Source: the human T2T-CHM13v2.0 reference genome, Homo sapiens. From it: a DNA stretch of 64,000 nt. The notes under the pieces were generated by a model. It saw only the letters and a list, made by a program, of their open reading frames with translations, did not search any database and was not told where the DNA came from. A program made the position numbers and the translations under genes. Numbering within the stretch: position 1 is the first letter of the stretch; each line of letters starts with the position of its first letter. Positions 51,151-64,000 of this stretch are shown here, one piece after another. The DNA is taken from the NCBI RefSeq assembly GCF_009914755.1, contig NC_060929.1, one strand, 5' to 3'.

Positions 51151-51739
51151 ATTTTCATCTTTATTCCCTACTCCCAACCATACCCTCCAACCTACTGGAT
51201 TTAAGTTAAGAAACACATAATAGACTTTTATACTCATGTTAACTCATCTTCCCTGGCCTTTAAGTAGTAGGTGCTCAGATGACAAGGAAATAAATCAAAG
51301 AGAGCAGGTCTGTTGACTCCAGAGTGTAAGCTACAGTTGATAAATGACATTACCTAGTTACATGCTATTCTCATTGTTTATTTACTTTTACTTTAAGGAA
51401 ATCTCATTTAAATATCCAAATTTGTGAGCTATGGGACAATAGAATGATTTCTGTTCACACTTGAGACATTGGTTAAAAGGATAGCTATTTCCCCTAACCT
51501 CTGGATCAGGCATGGTGGTGGCAGCAGCAGTACTAGCAAGGGGGTCTCTGAGATAAAGATTAGTCATTGCAAACAAAATCTGAATGGTAAAATATAATAG
51601 AAATGTTTCACAAGAAAAGTCTCCCCTCCTTTTTGGTCTTACAAGATCTCTGTTTTATTTCCCCTCATTTTTGATCTTAGAAGATCTCTGTTTTATTTTA
51701 TCAAGGAAACCATTAATTTTCCTTATAGCTTTGGACATA

Positions 51740-51930
51740 GGTAGACAATGGTTTGAATCTCTGTTGCCACTGCCCCATTGCCTCTGCATCTCTCTGTGTG
51801 TGATCTTGGGCAAATGATTCTCCCAATGATACCCTGATCTTAATTTCCTTATTTGTAAAGTGATAATATTATCTCCCTTATAGGCTTGTTGGTGAATAAA
51901 ATGAAATATAAAGCACCTATCATAGTACTT
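51740..51930. mobile_element. MIR remnant
   Basis: tgtgtgatcttgggcaaatga ... tttccttatttgtaaagtgataata core. Confidence 0.6.
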
Positions 51931-54900
51931 AGTGAATTAAAAGCATGATATTTGGTGCTCAAAAACTGTAACTGCTAACTCTTTTTTTTTCTTTTACCAT
52001 TGTTAATAAGAAACCAACTTAAATGAGTCCTCTTTTCACTAGCTTCCATAGCCCTCAACGCTAACAGAATTACTTGCCTCTTTATGTAATGGCTCCACAA
52101 AAAGTATGTAAATTTATTATCTAGACTTTCCCCATTATATAACAGTTTTTCTTTGTGTATCTATACTTCCTGCTAAATAATAAGTACCTTGAAGGCAGCA
52201 TATCTATGTTACTCATCTTTGTATACCCAGTGTTCATGTATGGTGCCTGGCACACAGTAGGCCTTCCATGAATGATGAGCTAGTTCAACTGAATTGACCC
52301 AGGAAATGAATAAGAAATTTTTCAATATATGCTTGATAGATTTGCAAAATATTTTCATTTAGTGAATAATCTAAAGCAAAAAGAAAGAATAACAACTTGC
52401 TTTCCAAGTGCTAGCAACAAAGGCAGAATGGGAAGACCTAATTTAGAATCACTGAATTTTAAAGCTGATGGCAACTATACAATTCCATCTGGTCTAATCT
52501 CTCTCCCACTGCAATGTTTCTGACAAAATGGCTGTTCAGACTCTGCTTGGAAAGTTTATAAAGTCTTTCCATGGTTGGGAAATTTAATTTCTAGAAAGTT
52601 CTTCCCTGTACTGAGCTAAATTCTACTGCCCATCATAGATCTGAAAATATAGAATCAGTTTACTTTTTCCTTACATGAGAGCCTATCATACATATATTGC
52701 CACCTCACCATTTTTCCACTCCAAGTATCTTATTTGGAAATCATAAGTTTCTATTTGTATATAACTTCTTTATCCTTCAGATTTCTAGAGAAGCTAAAAC
52801 TAGTTGGGTAGTTTTGGTTAATCACGTGGCACTTACTGCCCTTAAAAACACAGGTTAGCTAAGTACATCTTATTACAAAACCAAGTAGAAAACTGGTTTC
52901 ATATATGATATTAGAAAAGATATTTTTCTTGATTAAATAGGTAGTTTTGTTTTTTTATTGAAAGGATTCTAATATACTTTCACTTTAAAAATAATGTACC
53001 ACCACTGTATTTAGATTTAAAATAGATTAAGGGGTAGGGAAAAATATGCCTACTAGATTTGGGGCAAACCTTTATTTCTTCATACACGCATTAAGTATTA
53101 ATCACATGTTAACTATATTCTATGTGTGCACTTTGCTCAAATCAACATAATCTAAGAATAATTAGATTTACATATTTCTTTGTTTTAGGAATTCAGTTGT
53201 TCTAATAGATAACTACTGTCCCCCTGTACCACACTGATCTTAAGCTCAAAAAGTTATGGAAGTAACATCTATGTTAAAAAAGAAATGTGTATTTTGTTTG
53301 TGCATAAATCTAGAGACAATATTTCAGACTTTTTCTACAATACAGCTAAAAATAAGGCAGATATCTTCTGCTCTTGGACAGCATCTGTATGATTAAATGT
53401 CTGTTATGAGAGTTGTTTTTCCATTATCTCTCAAGAAACACAGCTAACCATTATCACAAATTTCACAGTTTATAATGTATATGTTTATATGTTTAATATA
53501 CCAGGTCTTATGAAATAAATACGTCATAAGATTCCCCTGATTCCAAATTATTTTACCTGACCTTTTTTTATTGTACTATCTTATAAATATGACTCCTGCT
53601 TTCATTTAAACATATGATATGTATGTATAAATAATTTCCTTTAATCCTTATACTTTTTATATTGTGATTTTAAAAAGTTACTGTAGGCATTTCTTATTTC
53701 TGAGGTAAATTCATACCAGGACACTTAATTTCCATCATATTATATAGAAATAGTAAGAACACTGCCAATCCAAATGAAATAAACCACTTTCTCTGGTTTT
53801 AAAAATCTAAAGAATTGACACATATAATAAACTTAGCTATTAAAACTCATCAATAAGAGCCTACCAGAAATAGAAACTGTCTTATTTTCTGTTGTAATTT
53901 ACTGTGCTGTAAATACTGTAAAACTGATTCTTAAATCAGATTCTAGTTTTTGAAGTATTAAAATCTAATACTAATAACAGAGATGATAAACATTTAAAGA
54001 GCAGCTAGCTGAAAAATAAGTGAATAAATAATAATAACTAAATTACAAGCACAAAGTTTTTGTGTATATTTAAAATGTATTTATTAATAAAATCTTTTGG
54101 AAAAAAATCCTTTAACAGCCAGATTGGTTGGCTTAGTTTATTAAAGACTAAAAGTATACTTAGCCAATAAAATACCTATGGAACTTAAGCAGTCTTATTA
54201 TTAATAGCTTAATGATGATTGGTTAACATGTATCATCATTCCTAATATGAATAGAAATAGGTAAGAATAATTCAAATATCTAAATGAGGGTTTTATTAGC
54301 TCTTAAGGAAATCCATTGAAAATAACTGAGCCTAAATAAAAGAAACTGGTTTCTTTTGGCTTTGAGGCTGCCACATATATTTACGTGACACCATTTGTTC
54401 CTCTTTCCTTGGAACTGTATTTATATGGGTTTTTTTTTTCCTATAATATGGCATCTCCAAAAAGTCTGGCTAAATGAACCCCTTGTTTCAATATAGTCAA
54501 TATACATAGTTATATGTTGGTTAGAAACAATGCATATATACAATACAAACATACAATACAACATATATTATTGTATGTAGGTCTAAGTCATATTATCTGG
54601 GTGCTGAGTTCTCAATTTTTTTACTCTGTTGGTAGCACAACAAAACATCAATTTAACTTTTAAAAAGTAGATATACAAAACAAGCTCCTAAAGTACTGCT
54701 CATAATGCTGTTTCTTGGAAAGGAGAAATGAATAAGTTCATTCTTTTAACCAGCTTTATGACATGTTAATCTCTGACCCACGAGGTAGAAATTTAAAATT
54801 CTGGATTTTAAATTAGTTTCTTTGAAAAATGACATTATAAAATTAATTTCTACCCCAAGAAGCTTTCCCAAGAGAGACAAAGGATGTTTTAGCTAAAATG

Positions 54901-55173
54901 CATGATATCCTGGAACAGCACTCTTAAAATGTCACCAACAGCTAGGAGAGGTTCAACCTCAGTGTATACTTCTGGGAAATTTTATAGAGAAGTCAGCTAA
55001 CATCTGATGTATACTGATAGTATTATGCTTGTTCAATAAGACCCATTTTAATGTTTATTTCTAAATGGTTTTCTACTGTTTTCCCATTCTATAATGAAAT
55101 ATGATTGTAAAGAATAAATTGTCAATGACAGTCTTTAAGATTTATGGAAATATATTTTATACTTACTCTTTAA

Positions 55174-55522
<349 letters not shown>

Positions 55523-55836
55523 TAACCATCTCCTCAGCATGACTAAGAAAAGGGTAACAGTTACCTTTTGAATAGTAATTATAATATATTTCCATACAGT
55601 GTATTTTCTCAAATAAATTAAAGGCTTAAATGACAGCACACTGTTAAAGTATGGTTTGTTGTTATACCGATTTGGCATGTCACAAATGTTATGGCCTCAT
55701 GAGTCTAACAACTATGTTACATGAAGTCTGTAATGCATATTCTCATAGCCAGCAAATAACATAGTTTGTTTACATATGTGAAGGAGGCAAAAAGCTCAGC
55801 ATCTAGGTTTCTGCACTGATTTTTCTCAGTGTTCAG

Positions 55837-56288
55837 TTTTATTATTCATTTATTTATTTTACTTTAAGTTTCGGAATACAAGTGCAGAACGTGTAGGTTT
55901 GTTACATAGGTATATGTACGCCATGGTAGTTTGCGGCACCTATTAACCTGTCATCTAGGTTTTAAGCCCCACATGCATTAGCGATTTGTCCCAATGCACT
56001 CCCTTCCCTTGCCCTCCACCCTCCCGACTGGCCCTGGTGTGTGTTGTTCCCCTCCCTGTGTTCATAAATTCTTGTTGGAAGAACACACGGTGTTTGGTTT
56101 TCTGTTTCTGTGTTAGTTTGCTGAGGATGATGGCTTCCAGCTTCATCCATGTGCCTGCAAAGGACATAATCGCATTCCTTTTTATGGCTGCATAGTATTC
56201 CATGGTATACATGTACCACATTCTCTTTACCCAGTCTATCATTGATGGGCATTTGGGTTGGTTCCATATCTTTGCTATTGTAAATATG
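55837..56288 (-). mobile_element. 5'-truncated L1PA (about L1PA7-8-like) 3' end, sense to SSBP2
   Basis: Encodes the ORF2 C-terminal [18 protein letters not shown]...MEYYAAIK...LEAIILSKL peptide; L1PA 3' UTR (gggcttaaaacctagatgac); A-rich tail. Confidence 0.93.
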
Positions 56289-56302
56289 CACTGATTATTT
56301 AC

Positions 56303-56373
56303 CTGTGGTCCTAAGGGCACCATTCCTCTTGGAGGAGTCATTCTCTGCATTGGCCCACCCATATTTGGATGTC
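56303..56373 (-). CDS. SSBP2: SSBP2 coding exon (~exon 8), (G)[23 protein letters not shown]
   Basis: 71 nt, tttttAG / GTaaat boundaries; peptide visible inside ORF 55955..56524; phase 1->0. Confidence 0.96.
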
Positions 56374-57098
56374 CTAAAAAAAGTATGAAGACATTAGCAA
56401 AGTAATGAGCATGAGTACTAAACCAGAGGCTAGCAGCTTCCTCCCTCCTGGGTGTTACTGTCTCATTTACCAAGAGTCTGAGTACTGACACCATCTTACC
56501 TTGGCTTCCAGACCACTTTTCCACCTCTTACCACTACCTACCCACACCCTCTATTAATGTCTTGACTGAAATTTTCTCCCTATTCTGTGGTGAATTAATT
56601 CTCTAACAGCATTTGCTCCTCTTCCCATGGAACAGTACAATAGAGCATTACATATCTGTGGTTCCTAAGTATCTCTGGAGGGATTTGGTTATTGAGATTG
56701 TTAAACTAATCAGGCCCCTTGCTGCTTAGCACCTTCTTTCCCTCTGCTCATCTTTCAGATGGGCTAAGGCCTCTATCTGAAAAAGGCAAAAGAAATAATA
56801 AGTGATATTATCACTTAGCTTCCTACTTGTTAGATGTTATATAAAAGGTTTTAGAATTATTAATTAAAATATGGATTTTTGGATCCTCATGTATTCTTTT
56901 TCTTATGTTATCACTACCCTCACTATCATGCATAATTAAGTGAGCTGGAAATATAAATCATTTGGCTATGTTACTTAGAAAAATGCAACTGGTATAACTA
57001 TAGGAGATTTACTTATACAAATACAATTTTCCTTAAGAGATAAAAGATTTCCTCTATGGTTCTGCACATCAATTTTCCTTTTACTTTAGAGTAGTCAC

Positions 57099-57165
57099 CT
57101 TGTTGTCGAGTTGGATCCATTCCACTGGGGAGTAATGGCTGACTTCCTGGGACACCTCCAAGTGC
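57099..57165 (-). CDS. SSBP2: SSBP2 coding exon (~exon 7), [22 protein letters not shown](G)
   Basis: 67 nt, flanked by ttgctAG and GTgact on the minus strand; translation matches the recalled SSBP2 Pro/Gly-rich region; phase 0->1 fits the next exon. Confidence 0.96.
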
Positions 57166-58559
57166 CTAGCAATTTATTAAGAAAAATAAAGAGCAATATT
57201 GTAAATATTTATAAAATAAGTTTTTTAACAATTTCCTTTTAAATGCTTGTATGATAATTACAAGAATGCATTTGAGTATTTCTCAAGATTTCTTATATTT
57301 CACATTCATTTATAAGTTTTGCAGGTTTATATACCTTAAATAAGTTCTTAGTTCTAAAAAGATTCTACTTTGCCCAATTTTGTGACAAATAAAATAAGTA
57401 TTTTCAGGGAGCAAAGATCTACGCAAAAACTGTCCTATTTCTTCCTGAGAAGTATTATGCCTTTTCCAAAAATTAATTTACTAAGAGTACTGAAATAACT
57501 AATTTTGCTTCTTACATGTAAATTCCCTATTTCTACAGAATATCTTACTCATTTGAGATTACATAGCAGCAGGATGAAAATGGAAAGGGACGAATGAAAA
57601 TTGTTTTGTAGTCACAGTTTCCCTAAGAAATTATTTAGCGAAATAACACTTAAAATAAAAATAAATTAAGCAATTTGCGTGTACGGAAAAGGGAAAGTAG
57701 AACTGACAAAGGTAGATATGAACGTAACAGGGTTTGTTTCCTGGGATATATACTGAACCATAAGTTTCTAACAGTTGTCTCAGCAGTACTTAAAGCTGGA
57801 TTAAGGTATAAATGATTTAAACCTACTGATCTTAAGTATATAAGCATACACATATACATAAAATCCTGACAACTGGTGAGAATTTCCAAAAAAATTCACT
57901 AATTTAACTTAAAGCATGAAAGTTATATCTAATTAGTTAACATATGCAACTATTTCAAAAGAAATTTAACATTAAATAATTTACATGGCCAGATCAGAAC
58001 TGTTTCCTAAATTGTTATCACTTGGGATGAAGTAGGTAGCTTCCATTTCCCAAGTCATTTTTGTAGTTTTTCAAAATTTTTGCTTATAAGCACACCAAAT
58101 ACATATTTCTTGAGATCCTACTACATTATCTGTTCCCAGATTACCTCTCCAGCCTAATTTCTTGCCACTTTCATGCTCATGTTCTAACTTCCAGCCATAT
58201 CAAACTTCTTTCAGTTTTTTTTCCTATTCATGCATTCAATCAACAATGTTTAAATGCCAACCACTAAAAACAAGACAAAATAAAAACTAAACTGAAAAAA
58301 AATCTCTCCTCTCACGAAGCTTACAGACCCTTAAGTAGTTATTGCTGACATCATTTAGATCTCAGTTTAGGGATCACTTCCTAACAAAATTATTCCCTGT
58401 AGCCTCAATCTGGGATAAGCCCTCCTTCCATTTGTGTGTGTGTATGTATACATATGCAAGTTATATTGAACAAATAAATATGCTGATTGAATAATTGTGT
58501 GTGTATACACATACACACAGAGGAATTATCCCAGATTGTGTGTGTGTGCATGCATGTAT

Positions 58560-60150
58560 AATTTCACATGTATAATTTCAAACTTCCAGAAACTGCACAA
58601 AGAATTTCCAAATACCTTGACTCGGATTGCCAACTGTTAATATTTTTTACTGCATTTGCCTTATCAGCCTTTCTCCTTTTCTTTCTCTCTATAAATATAT
58701 ATCTATTATCATAAATCTTTTTCAGAACTACTTAATAGCAAGCTGAAGACATGATACCTCATTACCCCTAAATACTGCAAAGTATAATTCCCCCAATAAG
58801 AATATTTCCTACATAACCACCATACAGCCTTTCAAGTCAGGAAATCAACATTGACAGCAACACTACCATCCAAGTCCAAGATCTCAATTAATTTTGCCAT
58901 TTGTCTCAATAATGTTTCTTTTTTCTTTCTGGTACCAGAACATCATGGAAGACATGTTACATTTAGTTGTCCTGTCTCTTCATGTTCTTCTAAGCAGGAA
59001 TCATTTCCTATTGTTCCTATCTATGTCTATTCTATCCCTACCTATCATGTCCTCAACAATTTTAAAGAGAACAGGTCTTAAATTCTACAGCATGGTGTCT
59101 GATGTTTCTTTATGATCTAGTTATATTTTCTTAGCAGGAATACCAGAGAAATGATGCTATGCCTTTCTCAGTGTATCACATTAGAGGGCAAATTATGTTG
59201 ATCTATCCCACTACTGGTGATGGTAACCTTTATCATCTGAATGTGCTGGTGTCTGCAGGTTTCTACACAGTAATTGATTACTTTTAGTATAAGAGCTATT
59301 CTGAGATTGTCAATATTCCATTCCTCAACAATCCTTTATCAACCCATCAGCTGTAGCCTCCACTAACAACTAACCACTATGATAACTGTCAAATAGAGAC
59401 ATTCCATGTCCATCATTCTTTTTATATTTATTAGTTGGTATTTCACTATAAGGAAAAGCTTTTCTTATTTATTCACCTATTTACTCAGTCATAGATTTCT
59501 ATATTGTTCAATGGGTTGTAATCTATTACTATCATCATTTATTTCAATAGTCAAATTATCTCAGATTTGGCTAGTGAGAAGCCTTCAGGTGTGTGTGTGT
59601 ATGTGTGTGTGTGTGTATGTGTGTTGTGTGTGTGTAACATACCCACATCCATTTTTGAGCATTTCCTTAATTTATGGCATAAGATGTTCCAGGCTCACCT
59701 CATACTTCTTCTGACCTAGGCTTGGAATCAGCTCTTTCCCCAAGGGGCCTTAATTCCTTTTAGTGGAGGACAGCATTTAGGCATAAAGATCTTGCTTCTC
59801 AGGATGTTCTTGTTACTTGGGTGCATCATTTTTAGGCTCTCTCAGTAAACACCAAGCTTGAAATCTATGCAGGTGTATATGTACATGCATATATGCACAC
59901 GCATGGATCTGTGACTAATTCTATGTCTATTTGTGTGTGTATAGCATATACACCTACCATAAATGCATACTCTCCAACATCAATTCAACAACTCCAATTC
60001 CAATCTGATACTTCAGGATTATTTTTAGTGTTCTTCCTTTCTAGGTTTGTAAGTATTTTCCTCTTCAACAGTGGGAAACCCGGCCTATGTTAGTTACTTA
60101 TTACTCCTCAATACAATTATGTATTTATTCAATCAGTGTATTTATTTGTT
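58560..60150 (-). mobile_element. Old L1M (L1MC-like) fragments with embedded (TG)n at 59589-59635
   Basis: Degenerate L1MC-like motifs (cattacccctaaatact, ggaatcagctctttccccaagg, gtgggaaacccggc); boundaries approximate. Confidence 0.55.
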
Positions 60151-60740
60151 CAATATAACCAGTCTCCCAACCACACTGGCCACTTCATCTTGCCATCTCT
60201 GCATGGCTACCCCCCGCCCCACCCCCCACACCCGCCATGTCCTGGCAATGCAGAGAAGGTAAGGGCTTTTCATGTGTTTTTATAGGATCATATACCTCAC
60301 TTTCAGAGAACTTAAATACTACCATGACTTGTTTTCTTCTCTGTATCTCCAGACTGTAAACTCCGCAAAAGTAGGGACCCTATCTGTGCCTACTGTCACA
60401 GAATAATAAATGTGTATTGAGGGAATAAAAGGAATAGGGTTTAGACTGACAATTTTAGGAATCATTAGTGATAAAGTCATAAGAATGAAACAGAGTTCAA
60501 AGAATGAGAAGTAAGAAGATAAAAGATTTAATTCTTTAAAAATACCAAGAAATAAAAAAAGAAACTGAAACTGAATAGGCATGAAATTAGGAAGGAGACT
60601 AAGACCAACATCTCAGAATGCCCGAGGAGAGTTTCAAGAAGGAAAAAGTAGCCAACACTGTCAAAAGTTATAAATAAATGATGTAGGAGGAGGACTAAAA
60701 ATGTATGACTAATTGATATTATATTCAATTGTGAACTTAA

Positions 60741-61389
<649 letters not shown>

Positions 61390-61840
61390 TAAGTCTCCAA
61401 ATGGTTAGAGTTATACACTCTGAACTTTGACACTTAACTTCTGTCTCATTATAGACAATGATGTTTTATCACTGGTGGCAACCATTTTCTTCAAAACTTT
61501 ACTGTTTCTAGTATATCTTTGAATATCAGAACAACTGACAAGCCTTTCTTGTTTCTGTTCATCACTTAAAAATATGGCATAATCTTACAGAAGTCTTAAC
61601 CAACATCAAATTGGTTTTCAAAATGAGTGTTTTTATCTAAATTTAACTTTTTACTCATCACTGTTTGTCTTTTAGAATAAGTCAAGTCTCTAACTTTTAA
61701 AACATTTTTATCAGCCTTGGGATGACCAGATAGTAGCTTTGCGCATCAACAGTGATGTAATCACTGCATTCTTTAAACCTTTAATATCAGAAAAATGTAT
61801 ACATCTGTGACATATTATTTCTATATTTATAACATGTTAA

Positions 61841-62195
<355 letters not shown>

Positions 62196-62863
62196 GCTTT
62201 GTTTTACAAAAGATCTACACACTGGCAGAAAAAAATAACACTAATGAGGAGGGTACTTAATAAAAACAAACAAAATATCCATGGTAACACACACTTGTGA
62301 GCCAGTGCATTTGCGCCAGGAATTGTGCTAAGTCCTTAGTATTTCTTTCAATGTTTAAACAATCTTATAAAGTTATTATTATTCATCCTTTTTAATGATA
62401 AAAAACTGAGGTTTAATATGTAACTAATTTGTTAATTTGTCCATGGTTATGCTATTTTTAAAAAGGTTTTATTGATGCATGATTTAAGTACCACAAAATT
62501 TGCCCATTTTCTAATGTTAGAACATTGCCCACCTACAGTCATTTCCCATTCCCCATGACCAGCACCCTTCACCAGCCCCAGGTATTCACTAATTTTCACT
62601 AATTTCACCATTTTCTGTCTTCCATAGTTATACTATTCACAAGTAGCAGTGTCAGGGCTCAAGATTGGATTAACATATTCCAAAAGTTCTGAAAGATGTG
62701 CCTTAAATCCTAGGGATTTAAAATAAATGAAATAGTATAAAAATTTATTAAAACAAATAATTAAATGGGGGAACTGCCTGCTTCATAAAAGAATTATTTA
62801 GTTCACAAAGAATGCATCGTAACTTCAATGGCAAGACTCGCTATGCACTTATGAACTGATGTA

Positions 62864-63942
<1,079 letters not shown>

Positions 63943-64000
63943 GGACGGGTGCAGTGGCTCACGCCTGTAATCTCAACACTTTGGGAGGCCGAGGGGGGTG
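63943..64000 (+). mobile_element. Alu 5' end, truncated by the window edge
   Basis: ggacgggtgcagtggctcacgcctgtaatc. Confidence 0.85.

Noticed and set aside
55955-56524. 189-aa ORF as an independent gene
   Set aside because: It is intron + SSBP2 exon + L1 remnant with a non-ATG start; only the read-through part is kept, as a finding

Overview
Primate genomic DNA, almost certainly human (an AluYb8 and an SVA are present). It is AT-rich and repeat-dense. The window holds the 3' part of SSBP2 (single-stranded DNA-binding protein 2, human 5q14.1) on the minus strand: 11 short coding exons that I spliced by hand at GT-AG boundaries into one continuous frame (654 nt, 217 aa + stop; ALGGVPGSQ...YSPSMTMSV*, about aa 145-361 of the recalled 361-aa isoform, probably exons 7-17), plus the start of the 3' UTR. 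Everything else is intron, filled with about 25 Alus, a 5'-truncated SVA, L1/L2/MIR remnants, DNA transposon fossils and a tailless 5S rRNA retrocopy. Nearly all ORFs in the supplied track are spurious or repeat-derived. I found no convincing novel multi-gene system. The best leads are: (1) a sense L1 3' end inserted at the exon-8 splice donor, in frame with SSBP2 and carrying its own polyA signal; (2) an Alu-SVA composite inside a single TSD; (3) the tailless 5S retrocopy. Exon numbers and repeat subfamily names come from recalled consensus sequences, not from a database search.
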